64,000 nt of DNA from Candidatus Borrarchaeum weybense (GTDB lineage Archaea > Asgardarchaeota > Sifarchaeia > Borrarchaeales > Borrarchaeaceae). The notes below the pieces were generated by a model. It was not told where the DNA came from. It was given only the letters and a program-made list of their open reading frames with translations, and searched no databases. A program made the translations under genes and the position numbers. Every line of letters starts with the position of its first letter. The first letter of the stretch is position 1. Shown here piece by piece: positions 37,767 to 48,265 of this stretch. The stretch spans positions 587,685 to 651,684 of the forward strand of contig JAHQJS010000007.1 of assembly GCA_019057385.1 (NCBI GenBank), read 5' to 3'.

Positions 37767-37821
37767 GTTATTTGCATTACTTAATTAAATCGTTCATATA
37801 TCGATTGCTTCAAAGTATGCC

Positions 37822-38586
37822 CTATTTGTGCTTTAATTTCAATTCTTCTTCGATCTTGTTCTTTATATCATTTACAGGGCTTAATGCTTTTCCTAACGAA
37901 GATAATTCCACCCATTTAGTTCTTCCCTTTTTTACCTCTAAGATTAAACCATCATCTACCAATCTACTGACAATCTTTAGAATGTATGATAGAGAACCCG
38001 TCCCAGTTTTCTTTTTGTAAACCTCTTGAATTGTGGATATGCTAAGTCGCGGATTTTCAGATAAAATCGTTAACACAAGTTTTTCTTGCTTTGACAAGTC
38101 TCGGTAGAGCCAAAGGTTTTGCATGTTTCCTGTATCTTTTTCAAATAAATAAATTGAAAAAATAAAAGGTTTGAATTCTGCTGCGGCTTGATATAACGCC
38201 ATGCGCCATAACATTAGACCAGAATTAAGATTAATTGCAATCCTATACCCTTGCGTCTTAATATAGTCAAGTAATGCACGAAAATAGCGAAGAAGTTCAT
38301 AAAAATCATCTGTACTCGTTGGTTCTAATAGACTGAAATTTCTTCTCTTTTCAGTAGGCATCTGCTCTTCATTTTCATTAAGCTCTTCCATTAATAGTTT
38401 TGCTTCTTCAAAATAATCTATAAGTTTAGGTCTCTTTTTTTCTGAAACTTCTTTATACTTTGGTTTTGGACGCTCTTTTGGTTTGTTAGATATGATTATT
38501 AACCATTTAGTATTGGGAAACTCTCTTAATGCAAGTTTTATCCAGAGATCTTCTCCACCATAGAGAAAAATTTGACAGAGTTCCAT
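37822..38586 (-). CDS. CARF-like (DUF6293/Csa3-like) Rossmann domain + wHTH transcription regulator
   Basis: IAINLNSG motif, then LSKQEKLVL...SLSYILKIVSRLVDDGLI...GRTKWVELSSLG wHTH. Confidence 0.65.
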   Translation of the reverse strand: MELCQIFLYGGEDLWIKLALREFPNTKWLIIISNKPKERPKPKYKEVSEKKRPKLIDYFEEAKLLMEELNENEEQMPTEKRRNFSLLEPTSTDDFYELLRYFRALLDYIKTQGYRIAINLNSGLMLWRMALYQAAAEFKPFIFSIYLFEKDTGNMQNLWLYRDLSKQEKLVLTILSENPRLSISTIQEVYKKKTGTGSLSYILKIVSRLVDDGLILEVKKGRTKWVELSSLGKALSPVNDIKNKIEEELKLKHK

Positions 38587-38616
38587 AGTTAAAAATAGTA
38601 TCATGAATCTATATAT

Positions 38617-38665
38617 ACTTTCCTATTTTTAGGGAAAGTTTTATTAATTATGACAGTAATTGTCA
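38617..38665. promoter_or_regulatory. two inverted repeats in the divergent promoter
   Basis: ACTTTCC-N9-GGAAAGT (38617-38639) and TGACA-N5-TGTCA (38651-38665). Confidence 0.5.
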
Positions 38666-38693
38666 AATCATGAAACTTTTAGAAGGTGAAATA

Positions 38694-38819
38694 ATGGGAA
38701 AAAATAAAAAAATGACTTTAAAAAGTGCGAGTCGTATTCAATCACATGCAGATAAGACAGGAAAAAATCTAAGATTCAAAACAAGAGCACAAAGAGCAGC
38801 TAGCCGGAATAAGAAGTAA
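38694..38819 (+). CDS. 41-aa basic peptide, SMP/LEA-like (below the ORF-track cutoff)
   Basis: MGKNKKMTLKSASRIQSHADKTGKNLRFKTRAQRAASRNKK*, preceded by AGGTGA RBS. Confidence 0.65.
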   Translation: MGKNKKMTLKSASRIQSHADKTGKNLRFKTRAQRAASRNKK

Positions 38820-38994
38820 TCCAATCGTGTGTATGGAAATGCTAAATGAAACTCAGAAATTTGAGCAAATATATCCAAAAAGGCTTCTTATTGATCATTA
38901 TTATTTATTGATAGATCTTGAAACAATGATGAAAAGAAAGAATAGTAGATATTCAAATTCTGTGAGTATTTATTCTTCGTAATGGGGGTAGGAA

Positions 38995-40233
38995 ATGAAA
39001 ATTCTCCACATTATCCACAGATTTCCTCCATATTATATGGCAGGCTCTGAAGTGTACACCTTTAATCTCTGCAAAGAATTAGCAAAGTCAAACGATATAT
39101 GGATATTCACTCGTATTGAAGACTCTTATCTTCCTCATTACCAAGTTGAATATAACAGTCTTGATAGAATGAATGTCGTACGTGTGAATAAACCGAGTCG
39201 TGATTATACTTTTAGAAGTAAATATATTGATAAGCATATAGAAAGAATATTTGAAGGTTATTTACAAAGAATTAAGCCCGAAATCGTTCATATTGGACAC
39301 TTAAGTCATTTAAGTACAACCATTGTTGATATAATAAAGGATCATGGTGTCCCAATAGTTTTCACTTTACACGATTATTGGATGATTTGTGCACGGGGGC
39401 AACTTATCCAGAATAATACGCATCTTTGTGGGGGTCCAAGAGCTGAAAATTGCGCAAGATGTTTTGAATCATATTTTCTGTCAAAAAATGATTCAATTCG
39501 GGAGATCAAGATATGGGAAAAACAACTCTCGAATGTAAGAAACGAAATTGATGTGTATATCGCACCTTCTCAATTTTTGCAGAATATGTATGTGAAAATG
39601 GGCGTTCCTAAAGAAAAAATTATATATTTAAATTATGGATTCAACGTTTCAGCCTTTGAATTCTTTGAAAAAAAGATTTCCAAGAGAATTAGATTCGGGT
39701 TTATGGGACGTATCATCCCAGTTAAAGGCGTTGATCTTCTTATTGATGCATTTAATGATATTAATGCAAAAAATGCGGAACTCAACATTTACGGAGAAGT
39801 CGATCCTTCTACGAGATATCTTGAACGTAAAGTTCAGAATTTGCATATCCATTTTCGGGGACCATATAAGAATTGGAATATTGCAGAGATATTAGCGGAG
39901 ATAGACGTTTTAGTTGTTCCGTCGATTTGGTATGAGAATTCTCCATTAGTGATTCACGAAGCATTTCTTGCTAGAATTCCAGTTATCACTTCTAATCTTG
40001 GAGGCATGGCAGAGCTAGTACAACATGGTAAGAACGGACTATTATTCCGACCTAGAGATGTGGACGACCTTCGAAACAAGATAGAGGCTTTTATCAACGA
40101 ACCTGAATTAATTAAAAAACTATCCCCAGATCCGACTCAAGTTCGGACAATTCAAGATGACGCCGCGGCAATTATGTCTATTTACAAGCAGCTCTTGACA
40201 TCAAAATTATCGAGGTCAATTTATGCCACATAA
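38995..40233 (+). CDS. GT4-family glycosyltransferase
   Basis: AGSEVY, FTLHDYW, GRIIPVKG, PSIWYENSPLVIHEA. Confidence 0.9.
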   Translation: MKILHIIHRFPPYYMAGSEVYTFNLCKELAKSNDIWIFTRIEDSYLPHYQVEYNSLDRMNVVRVNKPSRDYTFRSKYIDKHIERIFEGYLQRIKPEIVHIGHLSHLSTTIVDIIKDHGVPIVFTLHDYWMICARGQLIQNNTHLCGGPRAENCARCFESYFLSKNDSIREIKIWEKQLSNVRNEIDVYIAPSQFLQNMYVKMGVPKEKIIYLNYGFNVSAFEFFEKKISKRIRFGFMGRIIPVKGVDLLIDAFNDINAKNAELNIYGEVDPSTRYLERKVQNLHIHFRGPYKNWNIAEILAEIDVLVVPSIWYENSPLVIHEAFLARIPVITSNLGGMAELVQHGKNGLLFRPRDVDDLRNKIEAFINEPELIKKLSPDPTQVRTIQDDAAAIMSIYKQLLTSKLSRSIYAT

Positions 40234-41266
40234 ATTGAAAGGACCATGGCGTATCACTTTCGATACAAACCCTGACGACTGCAATCTTCATTGTATCATG
40301 TGTGAGGAACATAGTCCATTTAAGAAGTCCACTTCTGATAGGACAAGCGAGGATTCTCCACGTAGAATGGATTTCGCCTTGATCAAGCGAATAATTAAGG
40401 AAGCAAACCATTATGGGCTACGGGAAATCATCCCATCCACAATGGGAGAACCCCTTTTATACCAAAACTTCGAAAAAATAATCGAACTCTGCCACAAATA
40501 TAGCTTTAAATTAAATCTTACAACAAATGGCACCTTTCCTCGAAGGTCAGCCAGAGAATGGTCCTTATTGATCGCGCCAGTTGCAAGCGATGTAAAAATA
40601 TCATGGAATGGTTCAACTGCAGAAACTTCTGATTTTATTATGCAAGGATCTAAATTTAATTCAAAATTTCAAAATGTGCGTGAGTTCATAGCTGTTCGCG
40701 ACGAAATCGCTTCAAAGGGGCTCAATAGATGTCGAATAACCGTTCAGGTAACGTTTATGGAATACAACTTCGAAGAGTTACCCGATATTATCAAGTTAGC
40801 TGCAGAACTCGGAATTGATCGTGTAAAGGGGCATCACGTATGGGTACATTGCAAAGAGATGGAAGATCAATCTATGCGCCGTAACGAGAAGTCTATCAAG
40901 AAATGGAATGAAATGGTTAAGCTATTAGAGGAGACGGCAGAAAGATATCGTCTTCCATCGGGAGAGAAGGTTATATTGGATAATATCTTTCCCCTGACGT
41001 TTGGAACTAAGGAATTAATGCCAGATGCTGTCTGCCCATTTTTAGATCAAGAAGCATGGATAGCCACAGATGGGCGCTTCAATCCATGTTGTGCACCAGA
41101 TAATTTACGTCGCACATTAGGAGACTTTGGAAATCTGTATGAACGGAATTTAATGGAAATTTGGAACAGTCCTGCTTACGAGTATCTGTGTAAAAATTAT
41201 CTCAACTATCAAGTCTGTAAAAGCTGTAATATGCGCCGACCACCATTACAAAGGAGATCATGCTGA
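40223..41266 (+). CDS. radical SAM protein with C-terminal SPASM/twitch domain
   Basis: CNLHCIMC (CxxxCxxC), MGEPLL, TTNGT; CPFL...PCC...GNL...IWNS...CKSC. Confidence 0.9.
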   Translation: MPHKLKGPWRITFDTNPDDCNLHCIMCEEHSPFKKSTSDRTSEDSPRRMDFALIKRIIKEANHYGLREIIPSTMGEPLLYQNFEKIIELCHKYSFKLNLTTNGTFPRRSAREWSLLIAPVASDVKISWNGSTAETSDFIMQGSKFNSKFQNVREFIAVRDEIASKGLNRCRITVQVTFMEYNFEELPDIIKLAAELGIDRVKGHHVWVHCKEMEDQSMRRNEKSIKKWNEMVKLLEETAERYRLPSGEKVILDNIFPLTFGTKELMPDAVCPFLDQEAWIATDGRFNPCCAPDNLRRTLGDFGNLYERNLMEIWNSPAYEYLCKNYLNYQVCKSCNMRRPPLQRRSC

Positions 41267-42999
41267 TGGATTTAAGTCGTATTTGTGTATCACCCGAGGA
41301 GACACATCATCTACTTGATGATAATCCTCTATATTCCAATCGTTATAACTGGGTGCTAAAATATCGTCCACCAGGGCTTGCTGCTGCAAGGGATGAAAGT
41401 GGGGCATTCCATATTGATCTGAATGGCGTACCTACGTACGAGAACAGATTCTTACGAACTTTTAGCTTCTATTATGGATTGGCTACAGTTGTAACAAGAG
41501 AGGGCTGGGGACATATCAATCCCTCTGGTGAATTAGTCTATGTGGAGAGATATGCTTGGACAGGGAACTTTCAAGATCGTTTCTGCACGGTCAGAGATAA
41601 AGATGGACTCTATTTTCATATCTGTTCAAATGGTAAACCTGCCTATCCTGAACGTTATCGATACGCTGGCGATTATCGCAATGGCATTGCTGTAGTGCAA
41701 TGCAATGATGGATACACTATTCACATAGACAAAAAAGGGAAACCAATCAATGATCACAGATTTTTGGACTTGGATGTATTTCACAAGGGATATGCAAGGG
41801 CTAGGGCTTTTCAAGGCTGGTTTCACGTCGACAAGAATGGTAATCCCGCCTATGAGAAAAGATTCAAGATGGTAGAGCCTTTCTACAATGGCTTCGCCCG
41901 TGTAATTGAGTTTTCAGGAAGAATTGGCATCATAGATGAGACTGGAAATTGGATTCATACAGTTCAAGAACCAAATGATAATGAGTTAAGAACGAAACTA
42001 TCTGGATTACTAGTTGATTATTGGAAATCTCAAACAATCTACTCAGGTGTTAAACTGGGAATTATCGATCTATTGGAACAAGAACCAAAATATGTCGACG
42101 ATATCGCAAGAAAATGTCAACTTGATGTAAATGCAACTAGAAAATTGGTTAGAGGGTTAGCAGTGTTAGGTGTATTAAAATGGGACAAAGATGATGTCAT
42201 AAGACTATCAAAAATGGGAGACTGGTTAAAAACAGGTCACCCTGAAGCGCTTGGTTCCGCTGCTCTGATCTGGGGCAGCGAACATTATAATGCTTGGCAA
42301 GGATTGCCAGAATCCATCAAAACTGGAAAAGTGGTTTTTGACCGAATCTATGGAAAACCATTTTTCGATTGGCTTGTTGATAATCCCGATAAAGCTGATA
42401 TTTACCACAGTGCTATGTCTAGTTATGCTAAGTATGATTATAAGCATTTGACTCAAATCCACGATTTCTCAAAACATAAAATATTGATGGATGTGGGCGG
42501 AGGATATGGGATTCTCCTAACAAATATTTTGAAGACGAATTCAAAACTTAGAGGTATTCTCTTAGATACCAGTGCTGCCTTAAAGGGCGCTTACGAGTTT
42601 TTAAGAAATGAAGGTGTCCTTGATAGGTGTCAACTTATAGAAAGAAATTTCTTTGAAGAATTGCCGAACGGAAGTGATGCTATCATTATGAGCAGAGTCA
42701 TACATGATTGGAACGATGATTATGCTCTTAAGATATTGAAAAACTGTTATGCTGCACTTCCTCAAGAGGGGTATTTATATCTTGTAGAACTTATAACTCC
42801 TGATAACCCAGAAACAGATTTCGGTGTACTGTTGAATCTTAATATGCTCGTTATAACAGGAGGTAAGGAAAGAACTGAACAAGAATACAAAGACCTAGTA
42901 ACGAAGGGAGGATTTGAATGGGTCAATGTGATTCCTACACCTTCGATAGTTTCCCTTATCGTTGCGAAAAAAACAAATGACCTTAGACTTGACTGTTAA
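41260..42999 (+). CDS. WG-repeat domain fused to class I O-methyltransferase (dimerisation + Methyltransf_2)
   Basis: Repeated F..G.A.V....GW.HI...G units; MDVGGGYG, SRVIHDWND, GGKERT. Confidence 0.85.
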   Translation: MLMDLSRICVSPEETHHLLDDNPLYSNRYNWVLKYRPPGLAAARDESGAFHIDLNGVPTYENRFLRTFSFYYGLATVVTREGWGHINPSGELVYVERYAWTGNFQDRFCTVRDKDGLYFHICSNGKPAYPERYRYAGDYRNGIAVVQCNDGYTIHIDKKGKPINDHRFLDLDVFHKGYARARAFQGWFHVDKNGNPAYEKRFKMVEPFYNGFARVIEFSGRIGIIDETGNWIHTVQEPNDNELRTKLSGLLVDYWKSQTIYSGVKLGIIDLLEQEPKYVDDIARKCQLDVNATRKLVRGLAVLGVLKWDKDDVIRLSKMGDWLKTGHPEALGSAALIWGSEHYNAWQGLPESIKTGKVVFDRIYGKPFFDWLVDNPDKADIYHSAMSSYAKYDYKHLTQIHDFSKHKILMDVGGGYGILLTNILKTNSKLRGILLDTSAALKGAYEFLRNEGVLDRCQLIERNFFEELPNGSDAIIMSRVIHDWNDDYALKILKNCYAALPQEGYLYLVELITPDNPETDFGVLLNLNMLVITGGKERTEQEYKDLVTKGGFEWVNVIPTPSIVSLIVAKKTNDLRLDC

Positions 43000-43150
43000 T
43001 GCCTCATACTTCAATCAATTCTATTTTAAAGAGGTTTTCAGTCTTCCCTAAAGATATCCCGTGTGTAATTCAGATTAGGCATGCACATAGGCAAGAAAGT
43101 TTTATATGTTGCTAGGGTTGAGGTCAAATTAACAGAAAAAGAACGGACAC
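42999..43150 (+). pseudogene. histidine-phosphatase-like N-terminal remnant
   Basis: ATG overlaps the previous stop (TAATG); reads ...CVIQIRHAHRQE then, after a frameshift, VEVKLTEKE (RH[G/A]...LTxxG-like); truncated. Confidence 0.45.
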
Positions 43151-43185
43151 CACAAGAAAATTATTTTTACATATCATAATCGCAG

Positions 43186-44004
43186 TTGAGAATCTCTAGG
43201 GCTGATTTAATGAAGAAGATCGTTGTCAGATGGACTTTTGGTGCAACTAAATCAAGAATGTTAAGTTCTCAAGCTTTAGATTTATTAGATCTATCCGTGA
43301 AATTTGCTATCTTACTATTCAAAGCAACTTCTAGAAATATCAAATTCATAATTTGCTATAACAATTTGAACGATTATGTGCTAGATGAGGTTCAAAAAAT
43401 ATCAGCAGTTAACGGTATTTTCTCTATGGATGTTTCAGACCTGCTTCCCAATGAATTGGGAAATGAGGATTCAAAAAACTCTTGGTGGAAATATGCACCT
43501 CCAAGAATTGATGAAGAGGCTTATGAAATAATAATGGACAATGATGTGATAATCTGGGGCATTCCAGAAACTCTAAAGAATTCTATCGAAAAAAATGCTC
43601 TTGTCGCCTTAACTGATGCTGCAGGAAAATACTATGGGGACTATAAAGAAAAAATAGAGGAACTCAATAATGAACTTAAACTTAACGCGGGACTTATTGG
43701 CCTACCGCCGAATTTTGCTATCGACCCTTCCGAAATTCTTGAAAATCTCCCACAAGACCATTTTCATTCTGAACAGGGATTTACAGCATTAAAATTCGCA
43801 AAATATGACAAATTGAAGTATTTAATACCACTCTCTGAGATTGAGCAACTAAATGTAAACATGTTAGATCCTGAAGAACTTATCTCAAAATGTGTTGGTG
43901 GTCATTTTTGTGGCTGTTCTTATGGGCACTATAGTTTTTGGAATGACATCTATGCTAACTATGTAAAGAAAAAATATGAAGAGGTAGTGAGAAATAAATT
44001 TTAA
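43186..44004 (+). CDS. GT-A fold nucleotide-sugar transferase-like protein
   Basis: SWWKYAPPR, IIMDNDV (DxD), LNAGLIG, SEQG, HFCG. Confidence 0.6.
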   Translation: MRISRADLMKKIVVRWTFGATKSRMLSSQALDLLDLSVKFAILLFKATSRNIKFIICYNNLNDYVLDEVQKISAVNGIFSMDVSDLLPNELGNEDSKNSWWKYAPPRIDEEAYEIIMDNDVIIWGIPETLKNSIEKNALVALTDAAGKYYGDYKEKIEELNNELKLNAGLIGLPPNFAIDPSEILENLPQDHFHSEQGFTALKFAKYDKLKYLIPLSEIEQLNVNMLDPEELISKCVGGHFCGCSYGHYSFWNDIYANYVKKKYEEVVRNKF

Positions 44005-44145
44005 GATATAGATGCAATATTAAAAAGGGTTAAAGAAGAATTGAGGAAGTTCAACGAAGTTGAAGGCACAGTGTTATATGGCAGCTATACACGACAAGAA
44101 GAAGATTTTTAATCGGACAGATCTTAATTGTTTATCTTAATTACA
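44005..44145 (+). pseudogene. minimal nucleotidyltransferase (MNT) remnant
   Basis: VLYGSYTRQEEDF*SD..DL: GS...DxD motif with stop and frameshift. Confidence 0.5.
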
Positions 44146-44230
44146 ATAGATACACGCACAAAAATAAGAATCTTGTTAAGAAAACTATAATTCAATAAAT
44201 GAATAAAATAACGAGGAGTTCTTCTTAGAT

Positions 44231-45277
44231 TTGACAGAAAAGGCAATAATAAAGTATCATACAAAAAAGGGGGATCCTGTCTTGATGGACTATGATAAAG
44301 ACTATGACATTTATAGGGATAAAATCTTTGATCGATTCATGTTCTTTTTAAAAGAAATAAAAGATTTGAACAAAAACGGTAATTACGAGGAAATAAGGGA
44401 GGAAAAAATTTCCGAACTGAATAAGTATATTTATTCAGTAATTTGGCATTCGCAAGAAGAATTAAAATCTTTGCAATTCGATCAGAAAAAGAAGTATTTA
44501 GAATTTAACCAAAACGAAATTGAAGAAATTAATGGCGAAATTGAGCTGTTTTTAAAACGATTTTTTAATTGCTTCAAAAAAAAGGAAGATTCGTTTCAAT
44601 ATTTGTTTACACTGATAAATCAACTCTATAGAAAAAGAGTCTATCAATTGAACCATTTCAGAGGATACTTTGAAGGGGATTTAAATGACTACTTGGATAA
44701 GAAACCAATTTTTAAATGCTATATACATCTAAATCTATTTTTAGATTATTATGAGTCTTTTGCTTTATTTCTGAAACCATCTCTGGCAAAATTATGGGGG
44801 GAAAAAAGAAAATCGCAAAAAATAAGGGCTAGATTTAACTATAAGTCTAGCGATTTGTATCAATATCTATTTCCTTCGTTCTTTAAGACCAAAAGATATT
44901 CCTTTATTTTCGACTATAAGCTAAGAAATCAGACAGCACACAACAATTACCTGATAAATCCCGAGAATTATTCTTTCATACACTATAAACTCCCCATTTT
45001 TTTCCCTAAAGATGTTAACAAAATTGAAAAGAAAGAAAAGATTCAAAAACTATACATAAGAAAAACATTTGATCTCGGGGAAATTGAACAAAAATACAAG
45101 ATGATTTCTAATTTAGTGATATGGTTTACAACTTATTTTGACATTATAGTGAATGAAACGATGGCAAATCTAGTGTTTCCCTCAATAGAGGCTAATTGGT
45201 CAAATTATTTTGAAGAATATATTCAAAGTTGGGAAGTGTATCACAAACATGTCTGGAATGCCTCCCAAAGCATGTAG
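44231..45277 (+). CDS. hypothetical protein with HEPN-like RxxxxH motif
   Basis: KLRNQTAHNNY in a helical, very AT-rich ORF. Confidence 0.5.
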   Translation: MTEKAIIKYHTKKGDPVLMDYDKDYDIYRDKIFDRFMFFLKEIKDLNKNGNYEEIREEKISELNKYIYSVIWHSQEELKSLQFDQKKKYLEFNQNEIEEINGEIELFLKRFFNCFKKKEDSFQYLFTLINQLYRKRVYQLNHFRGYFEGDLNDYLDKKPIFKCYIHLNLFLDYYESFALFLKPSLAKLWGEKRKSQKIRARFNYKSSDLYQYLFPSFFKTKRYSFIFDYKLRNQTAHNNYLINPENYSFIHYKLPIFFPKDVNKIEKKEKIQKLYIRKTFDLGEIEQKYKMISNLVIWFTTYFDIIVNETMANLVFPSIEANWSNYFEEYIQSWEVYHKHVWNASQSM

Positions 45278-45415
45278 AGGCGTAAAATACATTTTAAGTA
45301 CAAAAGAATCAAAATTTTTCAAAGAAGTTGCTATTATGCGGTGATTTTATAGTATACTTCTTTCGAAATATAATAACTGGCATCATAGAGTCAAAAAAAA
45401 GCACTATGAAAGTTA

Positions 45416-46183
45416 GTGGATATCATGATTCATTTTAAGGAAATCTTTGAACAACATTATCCTAGTCATTGGACTGAGTTCCAAAAAATCGGAAGAAAAA
45501 TCCAAAACATCATTGACTATGATTTTGTAAACGAAGAGATTTTATGGAACGCTATGTCCATACGCGGTTCTGCATTGTCTTCTGAGGAATTTGAGAGATT
45601 AGAATTTCTCGGGGATTCGATTTTAAAAACGATTCTTGGAATCCTATTGTATAAAAGAGGCGAAGAATTTCAACCAGATAAATTAAGTGCCTTTAGGCAA
45701 AATCTAGAGAGTAATGAAAAACTTGCGCTACTTGCGGAAGAGTTAAAGTTTAATGAAATCGGATTATTATTAGAAATGAGAGAATTGAGTACAAATCAGG
45801 CTGCTGACTTCTTCGAGGCTTTAATCGGCGCAATTTATGTAGATAAAGGAAATATCGAAAATATGATTGCTCTTGTGAAGGGAATTACTCATTTTGAAAA
45901 GAGGCTCAAAGAACTTCGAAAAGCTCCATGGGAATCAAAAGATCCAAAATCTTACCTCCAGGAATGGGTTAGCAAGAAATACAGTAATGAAGTTAATATT
46001 GATTACATAAGTGTTAATGAAGGAACAAGCAATGCACCTCAATTCAAGGTCCGTGCTACTGTTAAACGAAAATTTAATGATATCATTGAAATCGAGGGAC
46101 CTTGGGTAGGTACTTTCTCAAAAAAGAAGGAAGGAGAAAAAGAAGCGGCTAAAACACTTCTTTCACAATTAGAGGAAAGTTGA
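45416..46183 (+). CDS. rnc: ribonuclease III with dsRNA-binding domain
   Basis: FERLEFLGDS signature, ADFFEALIGAIY, DPKSYLQEW dsRBD. Confidence 0.9.
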   Translation: MDIMIHFKEIFEQHYPSHWTEFQKIGRKIQNIIDYDFVNEEILWNAMSIRGSALSSEEFERLEFLGDSILKTILGILLYKRGEEFQPDKLSAFRQNLESNEKLALLAEELKFNEIGLLLEMRELSTNQAADFFEALIGAIYVDKGNIENMIALVKGITHFEKRLKELRKAPWESKDPKSYLQEWVSKKYSNEVNIDYISVNEGTSNAPQFKVRATVKRKFNDIIEIEGPWVGTFSKKKEGEKEAAKTLLSQLEES

Positions 46184-46244
46184 TATGATAAATCCTTCTA
46201 AATTAGAAAACGAAAATAATTTTTATTACTTAGGAGATAGAAAA

Positions 46245-46421
46245 ATGCCCATTATTCATGTAAACGTCTGGAAAGGTTTCGGAAAGGAAAACGCTAAATT
46301 CGTAATCCAAAAGATAACCAAAGTCTTTGTAGATATGGGCATCCCGGCGAATGCAGTGGAAGTAATCGTGCATGAAATAGAAAAGTCGCATTGGGGCGTT
46401 GGTGGGAAGCCTGCATCAGAA
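46245..46421 (+). pseudogene. 4-oxalocrotonate tautomerase-family gene truncated near its 3' end by an IS fragment
   Basis: MPIIHVNVWKG...HWGVGGKPASE, parallels 48516-48719 until GCATCAGAA. Confidence 0.75.
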
Positions 46422-46990
46422 GTTGAGTCGCTATCACTATCGCAGCCAGAACTGGTATAAAACGCTGCGCAAATTGGAGAAAGCCTATGTTAAGGTGACC
46501 AATATCAAGCAGGACGTTAAGAACAAACTGGTCCATTACCTCCACACCAGGTATGGGGTAGTCTGTTACCAGGATGAGCGTGTCAAGGCCTGGCAACGCC
46601 TCTGGGGAAGTAAAATCTTATCCACGGCCATCGGAGGGATCATACGCACACTTAAGGAAAAGATACATACTCCGATCCAAGTCGATAAGTGGTTTCCTTC
46701 CACCAAGACCTGTTCGCGTTGTGGGAATATCCGTGACGTAAGATTAGATGAGCGAATCTATGTCTGTCCAGTCTGTGGGTTGGTGATGGACCGAGATCAT
46801 AATTCAAGTGTTAACCTAGAGAACGAAGGGTTAACACAAGTGGTACCTACAGGACGTAGGGATGTTAAGCCTGTGGAGACTGAATCCTCTACTGTGGCAT
46901 CGTTGGAATACTTAAACCATATTCCCTATGTGACAGCAAGTTCGGTCGGCGAAGCAGGAAGCCTCACCGCTTCAGCGTGAGGTAGTTCAC
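46411..46990 (+). mobile_element. tnpB: IS200/IS605-family remnant: 3' half of tnpB plus right end
   Basis: YQDE, FPSTKTCSRCG, CPVCG, DRDHNSSVN; terminal hairpin CCTCACCGC-TTCA-GCGTGAGG followed by TAGTTCAC. Confidence 0.85.
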
Positions 46991-47592
46991 TAAAATTCTG
47001 GAATCTTCAGGGCATATGTGATTAATTATTGTCTCTTTTTTCGATTTCTTTTATGCAACATTTTTTAAGTTCTTTAGCATAATAGATTTCCTTTATGAAG
47101 AGAGAAACGGATGGAATTCTTCCGATTAGTTCAATCGTATAAACATAAGTCTGATTAGTACATAAAGCTTAATACGATTGGATATTCCTATAAGTTGTGG
47201 GGTCTTCTTGCGGAGACATGATAAAAAAGTAGTCCAAAATGCAAAACTCTACTTCACAGACTTGATGGCCGAAGTTCGTTCAAGAAAAGCCGTGATTGAA
47301 CTTCGAGAAGATAGAATTCGCGATTAGATAACTCCAAAATAATTTATTGAAATGAAGAGGAAAATGATTTCTTGAATTTTTAAGAGAGAGAAATGCAGTA
47401 GCATCAGTTCGCGTACATTTTTTGACATATTTTTAGTTCAATAACTTTCTTTCACGCTGCTCTCGTTTAGCATCAAATAATGACATAAAGACAAAATTAA
47501 AATTAAAGATCTCAAGTTTATCGCTTCTTCACCATCAATAAAAGGAAATGTTAATATTCTTAATCGTGAAGGTAATATTGTGGGTGAAATTA

Positions 47593-47820
47593 ATGGCTGC
47601 AGCCGAAATTTCAGAAGAGTTTTGGGAAGATTTTGATTGGGTAAGGGAACACTACGGCGCATTACAAAAAAAGTATAAAGACATGTGGGTTGCTATTGCT
47701 GACAAAAAGGTCGTGGGTTATGGTAAGAATTTAAAGGAGGTAGAGGAGGAAGCGGAAAAACTGAGCGGAAGAAAGGATATTCTTACAATATACGTAGAAT
47801 CAGGGGCGGCTATCTATTAA
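47593..47820 (+). CDS. DUF5678 family protein
   Basis: DFDWVREHYGALQKKYKDMWVAIADKKVVGYG. Confidence 0.75.
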   Translation: MAAAEISEEFWEDFDWVREHYGALQKKYKDMWVAIADKKVVGYGKNLKEVEEEAEKLSGRKDILTIYVESGAAIY

Positions 47821-47860
47821 GGTTAACATCTATTTCATCAAGCAATATGATTCAGAACTT

Positions 47861-48265
47861 TTGCGAAAACAGCCTAAGTATAATGGACTGCTCAGAATTG
47901 TCTCAACAATCATTTTAAGAACAAAATTGGGTTGGTCAAAACCAAGATTCGCAATCATTGATACGGGTGCTCATACATCAATCTTTCCACTGACTGTTTG
48001 GAGAGAGACTGATGTTGAAATTATTGGTGACTATTTTGTTCGTGGATTAGTACCAAAAGAAGAATGTATATTTCCAATAAAAATCGGCTGGATCAGTGGA
48101 ATGATAATCGATAAACTTGGTAATCGCACCACAGAATTGCGATACAGAGCATTTTTAGCGCCAACAGACGAAGTCCCCGTTATAATTGGTTTTAAAGATA
48201 TAATGGACCAATGCGAGCTATATTTTAATTCTAAAGCCCTTACAGGTTATATAGAATTAATTTAA
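47861..48265 (+). CDS. retropepsin-like aspartic protease
   Basis: AIIDTGA catalytic motif, VIIGFKDIM; start uncertain. Confidence 0.7.
   Translation: MRKQPKYNGLLRIVSTIILRTKLGWSKPRFAIIDTGAHTSIFPLTVWRETDVEIIGDYFVRGLVPKEECIFPIKIGWISGMIIDKLGNRTTELRYRAFLAPTDEVPVIIGFKDIMDQCELYFNSKALTGYIELI

Noticed and set aside
42999-43150. Second BHB intron explaining the His-phosphatase frameshift
   Set aside because: No BHB geometry seen and the rest of the domain is absent, so decay is more likely
47220-47380. Possible gene remnant with several stops
   Set aside because: No family could be recognised with confidence
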